DNA of 39,998 bases, taken from the NCBI GenBank assembly GCA_964494265.1, contig CAZBSL010000002.1:1-39998 (forward strand), given 5' to 3'. A program made the position numbers and the translations under genes. Shown here in pieces: positions 1 to 7,822 of this stretch. Source of the DNA: an uncultured Bacteroidales bacterium (GTDB lineage Bacteria > Bacteroidota > Bacteroidia > Bacteroidales > JAEINX01). The notes under the pieces are model-generated. The model had not been told where the DNA came from. It was given only the letters and a program-made list of their open reading frames with translations, and searched no databases. Within the stretch, counting starts at the first letter, position 1. Each line of letters begins with the position of its first letter.

Positions 1-345
1 TTTATTTATGTTTCGGTGCTACGCACCTTTGTTTTTTCGTGATCTTTCATTTTCTACAAATGTTGTCGGTGCTATGCACCTTGGTTTATTTTCATTATAT
101 TTGATTCTCTACAAATGTTTTGGTGCTACGCACCTTTGTTTTCCGTGATATTTCATTTTCTGCAAAGGTTGTCGGTGCTATGCACTTTGGTTTTTTTCAT
201 TATGTTTGATTTTCTACAAATGTTTTGGTGCTATGCATTTTATTAATTTTATATGTTTAGTGTTCAATAAAGATTTTGGTACTTTGAACTTTACTTATTC
301 TATATATTTTGCTTTCTGCAAATATTGTTGATGTGTTATGCTTTA
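1..345. repeat. Tandem array of a degenerate ~53-bp unit, each with a short GC-rich hairpin. The array runs off the 5' window edge and decays toward its 3' end.
   Basis: The hairpin GGTGC-TAC/TAT-GCACC recurs at about 15-27, 68-80 and 122-134. Degenerate copies lie at 174-186, 227-239 and 278-290, so the period is 51-54 bp. Each hairpin is preceded by TCTACAAATGTT or TCTGCAAAGGTT. Units 1 and 3 resemble each other, as do units 2 and 4, which gives a ~107-bp higher-order repeat. No credible ORF overlaps the array. Confidence 0.8.
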
Positions 346-404
346 ATAGATTCTTAAATTTGCACATTGAATTTTTATTATGGGTTTGTTTTACTATTTG
401 TTTC

Positions 405-495
405 GATATGCGGCAGAGCCGCAAAACATTTGTAGGATTTAGGATTTAGTTTGCGTTTTAAATTAAGGTGCAGAGCACCGGAATATCTGTTTTTT
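405..495. repeat. Two copies of the same hairpin unit in inverted orientation
   Basis: CGGC-AGA-GCCG (411-421) is followed by CAAAACATTTGTAGG, the reverse complement of the CTACAAATGTTTTG + hairpin unit. GGTGC-AGA-GCACC (467-479) is followed by GGAATATCTGT. The stem sequence differs between copies but pairing is retained (compensatory changes). Confidence 0.6.
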
Positions 496-658
496 AAATT
501 TATCATTGATTATCTTATTATATTTCCTCATTATTAAATACGATATCAACCATCATTTTTGGAGATTTTTATTAAAATATTTTTTTCAATCAAGAAATCT
601 TCCTTTTCAAATGACCTGTATAATCATTACAGGGCCAATTTCTTTTCTCATTTTAATC

Positions 659-1092
659 GTGTAAAAATTACACAGCCAACCTCTATGTTAAGTTTGATAG
701 AAAACATATTACACGGCCAAGCTGTACGGAACTTAGGCCTGTAAAATATTTACATTGTTAATTCCTCATTTCATATCAATTGTATCCTGATCACATTATC
801 AAATTGTTTAAACATTTTAGTTGCATAACCATTACACAATTAATATCTTTGTTATTATCGCTTGTGTAATAGTTACACGCTTAATCGTTTTGTCGGTGTT
901 CGCCATAACCAACTTACAGACCTACTGTGTTTGTTAAAGTTGGTCGTGTTGCTATTACACATTCAGGGTGTTTGTTGATTTTAATTGTGTAATAGTTACA
1001 CAGACAATCCCTTTGTCCCTTTTGACTGTAAACAATTTACACGCTAAAAATGATCTTTAATTTTTATTCTGTAAATAATTTACAGTTTTTTT
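659..1092. repeat. Cluster of GTGTAA-N3-TTACAC / CTGTAAA-N3-TTTACAG palindromes plus dispersed ATTACAC half sites
   Basis: Palindromes lie at about 659-673 (GTGTAAAAATTACAC), 740-754, 864-878 and 987-1001 (both GTGTAATAGTTACAC, 123 bp apart with extended flanking similarity), 1026-1042, and 1069-1085. The last is followed by a T7 run. Half sites occur near 706-716, 830-842 and 950-963. Confidence 0.7.
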
Positions 1093-1352
1093 ATTTCAAT
1101 TTTTTATCAAAAGATAAAAACTTTGCCTTAAAAGAGCATCATTGCTCCATCACTTTGCAAGGCGTTTTACGAATTGTGTCAGGTTTTTGAAAGAGAGAAA
1201 TCTCTCTAACTCTTTCATTTGATTAATGATAGAAGAATTAAAAATCTGACATTTTCCGTTTCTTGACTATTTTGTTAGTTTATTTTGATGTAAAATTAAA
1301 ACATAATAATTGAAAAACAAATTTTTTTAGATGTTTTTGAAAATATTTTATC

Positions 1353-1499
1353 CGGATACCGGATATTAGATTATGGATACTGGATTCTGGAGACTTAAGA
1401 CTGAAGACTGAAGATTGGAGACTGGAAACTGAAGACTGGAAACTGAAGACTGGAGACTGGAGACTGGAGACTGTAGACTGAAAACTGGATATTAGATGC
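1353..1499. repeat. Heptanucleotide microsatellite, about 21 tandem copies of TGGAGAC / TGAAGAC / TGGAAAC
   Basis: Read directly as cggatac cggatat tagatta tggatac tggattc tggagac ttaagac tgaagac ... tgtagac tgaaaac tggatat. Both ends carry GGATATTAGAT. No ORF of 60 aa or more lies here. Confidence 0.9.
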
Positions 1500-1717
1500 C
1501 ATATAAAGGATTGGTGATACTGTAAAGTCTAAATTTCAAAAAATACTTCAATATCTTATATCAGGATTTTTATTATAAAAGCACGTATTAAAATCCAATA
1601 TGATCAGATTGTAGCCTTATAACAATATAGCAATTTAACAATGAAACAATTTTAATAAAAATATAAACCAACCTTCTTCGAAGGTGGTCATGTTTTTATA
1701 GCTTTGAACCAAAAACA

Positions 1718-2215
1718 AAAATAATATTTGTAACTGCATTTGATGAGTATGCTATTCGGGCATTTGAAGTAAATGCAATCGACTATTTGTTAAAACCGGT
1801 TAATCCCGATAGATTGACAAAAGCTCTTGACAGAATTGGAAAGCAAGAAAAGGATTCTTTCTCATCAAAAAAGAAACTTGGAATTGAGGATTCGGTTTTT
1901 TTAAAACTTGATAATAAATATCGTTTTTTAGAAGTAAAAACTATATTGAAGGTTGAATCTGCTGCTGATTATACTATGGTTTTTTTGCGTGATGGAACAA
2001 AAATGCTAACTCTTAAGACATTGAAAGAATGGGAATTTAGACTCCCGGAACAAATGTTTTGTAGGATTCATCGTTCAACAATTATTATTTTTCTATTCAT
2101 TAATAATATTGAACCATGGTTTAATCATTCATACATGGTTTATTTGAAAGATTGTGAAAAACCGGTAGCAATGAGTCGAAGATATTTTTCAACTATCAAA
2201 AAAAGGATGGGCTGA
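1718..2215 (+). pseudogene. 5'-truncated LytTR-family response regulator. It keeps only the last helix of the receiver domain plus the LytTR DNA-binding domain.
   Basis: The frame is open back to a TAA at 1664-1666. Upstream of the listed TTG start it reads KIIFVTAFDEYAIRAFEVNAIDYLLKP, colinear with EIIFTTAFDEFAIKAFDMNAVDYLLKP of the full-length regulator at 35590-36351. About 85 aa are missing, including the phospho-acceptor Asp. The C-terminal part has LytTR-like RIHRS...EPWFN...SRRY. Confidence 0.7.
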
Positions 2216-2485
2216 AAAAGTGCTTGTTATTAGTTTTCGTAAAAATAGCAGGGAATGTGACACTTCAAATTAATTCTTTGGGTTTTTCGCGATTTGTCTG
2301 CATACCTTGCATGGAATTTTTAGGTCTGTTTATCAGGCAGAATTACTAACTAAATAATTACAATAACTCATTGATTTTTATTACAAATTAAAATATTAAA
2401 ACTTAGATTTTTTTAGTTTTAAGTGACTTTATTATCGAAAATTAAATATTTTAAAAATGTGTGAAAAATTCCGTGATTAAATATT

Positions 2486-3544
2486 TTAATTGTTAATAAC
2501 TCCCCCGGAACTATCTTTAATTGCTCCCGTAACCGACTTCAAGCAATTTATTTCTCCACGTATTTTCAAAACACCGAGAAAAGCAAAGATCATGGCTTCT
2601 TTGAAATCAATGATTGTTTTCTCGGGAATGTGAATTTTATGATTAGAATGAGCTTTAATTCGGCTGATAAGAAAATCATTATAAGCTCCACCGCCACTTA
2701 TTAATAAACTCTTACTTTTTTTATTAGAAATTGATTTAGATATTTGCTTTGCAAAGTGCTCACAAAGTGTTCGTAATTTATCTGAAGGGGGAATTTTGAA
2801 TTTTTGTAAAATAGGTTCGAAATGTGCGATTACCCATTCTTTACTTAGAGATTTTGGATTTTTTTGTTTATAATAATTAAGATCATCTAATTTTAATAAA
2901 AGTTGTGGATTTAAATTTCCGCTTTTGGCAATTTTACCTTTATCATCGAAAGCAAGATCAAATTCAGCGGCAATTTTATTAAGAACAATATTTACGGGGC
3001 AAATATCAAAAGCAATTCTTTCATTAGCTTCATTATCAAATGAAATATTTGCAAAACCCCCAAGGTTTAAACAATAATCGTATTGAGAAAAAAGAAGTTT
3101 ATCGCCAATCGGAACCAATGGAGCACCCTGTCCTCCTAATTTTACATCAAGGCTTCTGAAATCGGAAACTACCGTAAGTTTTGTTTTGGCTGCTATAGTT
3201 GAACCTTCACCAATTTGAAAGGTAATCTTTTCTTCAGGTTGATGAAAAATCGTATGCCCGTGAGAAGCAATGAAATCCGGTTTTAAGTTATTGTTTTCGA
3301 GAAAAATATTTACGAGCTTGCCAAGATAATCTCCATATTCTGAATGAGTTTTTACAAAACCGTAAGCATTACTAAGATGAAGTGAACTTAATTTTTCCTT
3401 CCAAGTATTATCATAATCGAAAGTTTGGGCTTTAACAATTTCGAAATTCCATTTGTTAAGTTTTTTCTGAAAAACACAAAATGCAATATCAACGCCATCA
3501 AGCGAAGTGCCTGACATAATTCCTATTGCATTATATTGCTTCAT
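2486..3544 (-). CDS. anmK: Anhydro-N-acetylmuramic acid kinase
   Basis: The N-terminal IGIMSGTSLDGVDIAF matches the AnmK signature (GxMSGTSxDGxD). The length is 352 aa, and the gene sits next to murF. Confidence 0.85.
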   Translation of the reverse strand: MKQYNAIGIMSGTSLDGVDIAFCVFQKKLNKWNFEIVKAQTFDYDNTWKEKLSSLHLSNAYGFVKTHSEYGDYLGKLVNIFLENNNLKPDFIASHGHTIFHQPEEKITFQIGEGSTIAAKTKLTVVSDFRSLDVKLGGQGAPLVPIGDKLLFSQYDYCLNLGGFANISFDNEANERIAFDICPVNIVLNKIAAEFDLAFDDKGKIAKSGNLNPQLLLKLDDLNYYKQKNPKSLSKEWVIAHFEPILQKFKIPPSDKLRTLCEHFAKQISKSISNKKSKSLLISGGGAYNDFLISRIKAHSNHKIHIPEKTIIDFKEAMIFAFLGVLKIRGEINCLKSVTGAIKDSSGGVINN

Positions 3545-3566
3545 TTATTTCATTTTGTTTTTAAAA

Positions 3567-4868
3567 TTAAACCTTAAAAACTTTAATCAAAGGTTCAAGT
3601 TTTATTCCTCTTGAACCTTTAATGAAAATTGTTGCGTTTTCTAAGCGATTGGCTTCAAACCATTGCATTGCATCTTCTGTTTTTGGAAAAATTTTATGGC
3701 CGCTATTTTTGTTTGCTTCGTAAAATTCAGCACCTATTAAAAAGACATTATCAAATCCTAATTCCCTAATAAGTTTCAAGATTTTGCTATGTTCAGATAA
3801 GCTTTCGTTTCCGAGTTCAAGCATATCACCGATAATCAAAATTTTATTTTTGAAATTTAATTCAGCGAAATTTCGGATTGCCGCCTCCATGCTTGAAGGA
3901 TTGGCGTTATAAGCATCGAGGAAAATTTTATTTTTTTTTGTATTAATAAATTGTGAACGATTATTTTGGGGAATATATTCCTCGATAGCTTGAGCAATAT
4001 TTTCAATTTTAACATTAAAATAATCACCTACACAAATAGCCGCGAGAATATTTTCAAAGTTGTATTTCCCCACAAGATTTGATTTTATTGAAACATCTCC
4101 AAAGCCACTATTCCAAAGAATTTCAACAAACGGATCAGAAGAAATGATTTTTGCCCAGCAGTCTGAATTCTCACTTGTTCCATAAGTGACTTTTTGCAAG
4201 TATTTAGAAAGTTGTTTGAGTGTATTATTATCACTATTGACAAATACTAAACCTTCATTATTTGAAATAAATTTATATAATTCCGCTTTTGCTTTAATAA
4301 TTGCTTCGATACTTCCAAAGCCCACAAGATGAGCTTTTCCAATATTTGTGATGATTCCAAAACCGGGCTTTGAAATATTACATAAAGCTGAAATTTCACC
4401 AATATGATTTGCTCCCATTTCAATAATTGCAATTTCTGTATCATTCGAAATACCAAGTACAGTTAATGGAACTCCAATGTGATTATTAAAATTTCCTGAA
4501 GTTGCTACAACTTTGAATTTCTTCTTCAAAACAGCAGCTATCAATTCTTTTGTTGTCGTTTTTCCGTTTGTTCCGGTTATTCCAATTACCGGGAGATTGA
4601 TTTTTCCCCGATGATAAACCGCTAAATGTTGAAGTGTTTCGAGAACATTTTCGACAAGAATAAACCTATTGCTTTTATTGAAGTTTTCTTCATCAATTAC
4701 AGCGTATTCTGCTCCCTTTTTTAAGGCAGATTCAGCAAATTCATTTCCATTAAAATTCTCTCCTTTTAATGCAAAAAAAATGGAATCGGGTTTTATATTT
4801 CTTGAATCAGTACAAATTACAGGATGTTGACAAAATAGTTTATAAAGATTTTCTATTAAGGTAGGCAT
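3567..4868 (-). CDS. murF: UDP-N-acetylmuramoyl-tripeptide--D-alanyl-D-alanine ligase
   Basis: It has the Mur ligase P-loop GITGTNGKTTTKE, is 433 aa long, and has typical MurF N- and C-terminal architecture. Confidence 0.85.
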   Translation of the reverse strand: MPTLIENLYKLFCQHPVICTDSRNIKPDSIFFALKGENFNGNEFAESALKKGAEYAVIDEENFNKSNRFILVENVLETLQHLAVYHRGKINLPVIGITGTNGKTTTKELIAAVLKKKFKVVATSGNFNNHIGVPLTVLGISNDTEIAIIEMGANHIGEISALCNISKPGFGIITNIGKAHLVGFGSIEAIIKAKAELYKFISNNEGLVFVNSDNNTLKQLSKYLQKVTYGTSENSDCWAKIISSDPFVEILWNSGFGDVSIKSNLVGKYNFENILAAICVGDYFNVKIENIAQAIEEYIPQNNRSQFINTKKNKIFLDAYNANPSSMEAAIRNFAELNFKNKILIIGDMLELGNESLSEHSKILKLIRELGFDNVFLIGAEFYEANKNSGHKIFPKTEDAMQWFEANRLENATIFIKGSRGIKLEPLIKVFKV

Positions 4869-4994
4869 TTTTTTTAATTCAAAATTAGTAAAAAATTTTA
4901 TATTAAATTACTTAGCGAAAAATGCTGTTATAATCCGAAGCCGGCATCACGAATTTTTTTAACTGCTTCAAAATTCTATCTTTCGTTTTCCATT

Positions 4995-5034
4995 AAAAAA
5001 ACCCCGGATATTATATAATAACCGAGGTTTTTTA
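4995..5034 (-). terminator. Probable intrinsic terminator downstream of gldJ (potentially bidirectional)
   Basis: AAAAAACCCCGG ... CCGAGGTTTTTT forms a GC-containing stem (one mismatch). It is flanked by an A run on one side and a T run on the other, about 20 nt past the gldJ stop. Confidence 0.55.
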
Positions 5035-5054
5035 AATAAATTTCATTTTATCTT

Positions 5055-6545
5055 CTATTTCGATTTTTTCGAAGGTATGGGGGAACCAACTCTGCTCATT
5101 GCACAACGGAAACCAATATAATCAGTTGCATGATTTTGATCAAGAAATCTTCTTGCCCCGGGGCTTAGATAATATGCTCGGTCTTTCCAAGAACCTCCTT
5201 TATAAACCCTTGCTTCATCGTTTATCAAAGTTGTTTCTTCATATTCGTACATCAAATTCGTTGTGTTTTTTTCAGCATTTTCTAAAGGCCATTCTTCGCT
5301 ATTGATTACTGTTGAGTGGTCACCATCGCGATAGCTGATATTATTTGCTTTTCGATAGTTTCTTCTGTCAGCATTTTCTTCCGGAGTAACCTCAGTATAT
5401 CTCATATGTCCTATGCTATCCTTTTCCATTAGATTGCCTTCAAAATCAAGAGCTTTGTTTTTAAAAACATTTCCCCGGAAAGGGCTGTAATCACTCATGT
5501 CCTGAGTTGACATCGGACGATAAACGTCAAGCACCCATTCACTAACATTACCGGCCATATTATACAAGCCATAATCATTAGGCCAATAAGAGCCGACAGG
5601 TGCCGGAATATCTGCACCATCGTTTAAAGAACTTGCAACTCCCATATAATCTCCACGGCCTCTTTTGAAATTCGCCATAAACTGTCCATAGTATTTTTTC
5701 TCATCCGAACGTGTATAAGTTCCACTCCAAGGATAGGTTTTACGTTCGACAATACGTTCATAAAGTGTATTTCCAATCAAACCTAAAGCTGCATATTCCC
5801 ATTCGGCCTCAGTAGGGAGACGATATTTTGGAAGCATAATTCCATCCTCCATTTTTGCTCTTCTTTCGCCTGTACCTGATGGATCAAGGTCTGCTAAGGG
5901 TTTATTTACAAGCCCTTCGTATTGGCCGGACAAATATGCATCAGTATTAAAGTTATTTTCGTCTTTTTGATCGGGATCCATTTCAAGAATACCATGCTGG
6001 ATTAAAAGTATTTCGTTAACTCTGTCGGTACGCCATGAACAATAATCATTTGCCTGAACCCATGTAACTCCGACCACGGGATAATCGTGATAAGCCGGAT
6101 GACGTAAATATAATTCAACTAAAGGCTCGTTATAGGCCAATTCATCTCGCCATACATTTGTATCAGGTAAGGCATTACGATACACATCGGGATGATTGCC
6201 GCCGAAAACCCTGTTTAACCAATATAAATATTCAAGGTAATCAAGATTGCTAACTTCTGTTTCGTCAATGTAGAAAGTCGGAACCGTGACTCTGCGAGGA
6301 ACATTATTCCAGTCGAAAAGAAGGTCTTGAATAGTACTTCCCATTACGAAAGTTCCACCTTCAATAAGCACAAGTCCGGGGCCGGTTTTTTGATCAACGT
6401 TTTTTGTAACTTCAAAACCTCCATTTTTTGAGTTATTGTAATCCCATCCGGTGCTTCCTGATTTTTTTCCACCGCCGCATGATGTAAATAACACAACAGA
6501 AGTCACTAAAAATAGTGAAGTAGCGATTTTGTTGAATCTAAACAT
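5055..6545 (-). CDS. gldJ: Gliding motility lipoprotein GldJ (FGE-sulfatase/SUMF1-like fold)
   Basis: The start was moved to Met22 (MFRFNKIATSLFLVTSVVLFTSC, a lipoprotein signal plus Cys). The protein has SUMF1-like blocks (GGTFVMG, YRVxKGGSW-type RVYKGGSWKD, GFRCA). It shows synteny with porU/porV and murF, as I recall for Flavobacterium johnsoniae. Confidence 0.8.
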   Translation of the reverse strand: MFRFNKIATSLFLVTSVVLFTSCGGGKKSGSTGWDYNNSKNGGFEVTKNVDQKTGPGLVLIEGGTFVMGSTIQDLLFDWNNVPRRVTVPTFYIDETEVSNLDYLEYLYWLNRVFGGNHPDVYRNALPDTNVWRDELAYNEPLVELYLRHPAYHDYPVVGVTWVQANDYCSWRTDRVNEILLIQHGILEMDPDQKDENNFNTDAYLSGQYEGLVNKPLADLDPSGTGERRAKMEDGIMLPKYRLPTEAEWEYAALGLIGNTLYERIVERKTYPWSGTYTRSDEKKYYGQFMANFKRGRGDYMGVASSLNDGADIPAPVGSYWPNDYGLYNMAGNVSEWVLDVYRPMSTQDMSDYSPFRGNVFKNKALDFEGNLMEKDSIGHMRYTEVTPEENADRRNYRKANNISYRDGDHSTVINSEEWPLENAEKNTTNLMYEYEETTLINDEARVYKGGSWKDRAYYLSPGARRFLDQNHATDYIGFRCAMSRVGSPIPSKKSK

Positions 6546-6592
6546 GTTTGTTTTTTTTATTAATATACTATTTTGATATTTAAACCTATTAA

Positions 6593-7591
6593 CTAAAATG
6601 ATGGACATTTTATTGCTTCATATCTGTTAATTTTTTTGTTGCAATTAAAGTGCCATGTAAAAGATATTTCATGTGAACCACCCGAAACCTTATTTATCTG
6701 TGAAACAGCGTAGTCATAACTATACCCGAAATTAAACTTATTATATCGTAAACCTACTAATGCTGTAATAGAATTTGGGTTCTCAAAAGCATGTCTGTAC
6801 CATGTACCAAAAACAAAAGGATAAAGATTAAAATAAACACCAACGTTTAATTGCTGAAAATCACCCTGTTTTTGATATAATATATTTGGAGATACCGAAG
6901 TTTGCTTGTAATCGTCTTTACTTCTTTTGTAGTTTGATTGACTGAGATGTAATCTTGCACCTGCATGTGCTGTATATTTAATTTCTAATTTTGAATCTTC
7001 ATTTTTATAAAAACTAATATTTGGTTGAGTTAAATGGTGGGCTGCAAAACCTGCAAAAATATTATCATTTATCGCAAGCAAAATGCCTGTGGCAAAATCA
7101 GCAAAACCGAAACTCAAATTATCAGGAACCACTTCTGATGATCCAAAATTTGGATCTGAAGGATCAACCTCACTTCCAAAAATAAGTTTATCCCAATCTA
7201 ATTGTTTATTATAATAGCCTCCCTGCAATGCTGCATTTAAGAATAAATTTTCATTGACCTGAAGCTTGTATGAATAGGTTCCGCTTATGGTACTTGTCTT
7301 TAGAATCCCATCACCTGCGACGTCAAAATTCATAATTATCCCTAAACCTCCTGATAATTTATCAACAAATTGATCATAAGAAACACTATAAGTAACAAAC
7401 GAATTTGTAATGCCGGGCCATTGATTATTATAATTCAGCGATAAGCGTCCGCAATCACTTGAGCCTGCCATCGCAGGATTTAAATAAACCGGATTAGCAT
7501 AAAACTGTGAAAAACTCGGATCTTGAGAATAGGCTGAATTCATAATAAAAAATACAGAAATTATTACTAAAGTTAATAATTTCTTTTCCAT
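6593..7591 (-). CDS. PorP/SprF-family type IX secretion system membrane protein
   Basis: The start was moved to Met54 (MEKKLLTLVIISVFFIMNSAYSQDPSFSQFYANPVYLNPAMAG, a family-typical N-terminus). The C-terminal region has beta-barrel-like alternating composition. The start coordinate comes from ORF-track arithmetic and may be off by 1 nt. Confidence 0.75.
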   Translation of the reverse strand: MEKKLLTLVIISVFFIMNSAYSQDPSFSQFYANPVYLNPAMAGSSDCGRLSLNYNNQWPGITNSFVTYSVSYDQFVDKLSGGLGIIMNFDVAGDGILKTSTISGTYSYKLQVNENLFLNAALQGGYYNKQLDWDKLIFGSEVDPSDPNFGSSEVVPDNLSFGFADFATGILLAINDNIFAGFAAHHLTQPNISFYKNEDSKLEIKYTAHAGARLHLSQSNYKRSKDDYKQTSVSPNILYQKQGDFQQLNVGVYFNLYPFVFGTWYRHAFENPNSITALVGLRYNKFNFGYSYDYAVSQINKVSGGSHEISFTWHFNCNKKINRYEAIKCPSF

Positions 7592-7822
7592 GTTAATTAC
7601 TGCAATTATTTGCAAAAATTTTTTTGCCGACAATATTACAAATAATTTCATTATTGATAATAATTTCTCATTATTTCCATGATATATTAACAATATTAGC
7701 TTTTTCAGAGCGTTAAAAGAATGATTTATTATTAAGTAGGTTTCATTCAATATTCAGTGATGTTAAATTATGCTTGATTAATTACGTTAAAATTATTTGT
7801 TTTATTGTATAATGACACAAAC

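Noticed and set aside
1-180. Mini-ORFs on the minus strand of each repeat unit (for example ATGAAAGATCACGAAAAAACAAAGGTGCGTAGCACCGAAACATAA)
   Set aside because: The reading frame and stop position are not conserved between units (14 aa, 7 aa, 15 aa in different frames), so a repeated peptide is unlikely.
1-345. Possible CRISPR array (regular ~53-bp periodicity with a conserved palindromic core)
   Set aside because: The would-be spacers are themselves conserved between alternate units. The period is too short for a repeat plus spacer. The units decay gradually, and no cas genes or leader are in the window.
559-744. 61-aa ORF in the track
   Set aside because: It lies across the palindrome-rich repeat region, has low-complexity composition, and has no recognisable start context or homology signal.
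600-1700. Replication origin (oriC) or plasmid iterons
   Set aside because: I could not find DnaA-box-like TTATCCACA motifs, and no dnaA/rep gene is nearby. The iteron idea is kept only as one hypothesis under the palindrome finding.
4247-4456. Short ORFs nested in or antisense to large genes (4247-4456, 5099-5305, 8463-8654, 10162-10422, 13126-13308, 15213-15419, 19034-19225, 20285-20494, 20537-20725, 21289-21639, 21731-21916, 21982-22233, 22786-23007, 23163-23454, 26054-26242, 28231-28688)
   Set aside because: All overlap much longer ORFs that have clear family signatures. Their sequences are low-complexity or hydrophobic read-throughs typical of AT-rich antisense frames.
7559-7621. Apparent +1/-1 homopolymer discrepancy between my manual reading of the sequence and the ORF-track protein in the 5' part of the PorP/SprF ORF
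   Set aside because: This is most likely my own miscount of A and T runs at line boundaries. The ORF track was computed from the sequence and reads through, so I do not call a frameshift.
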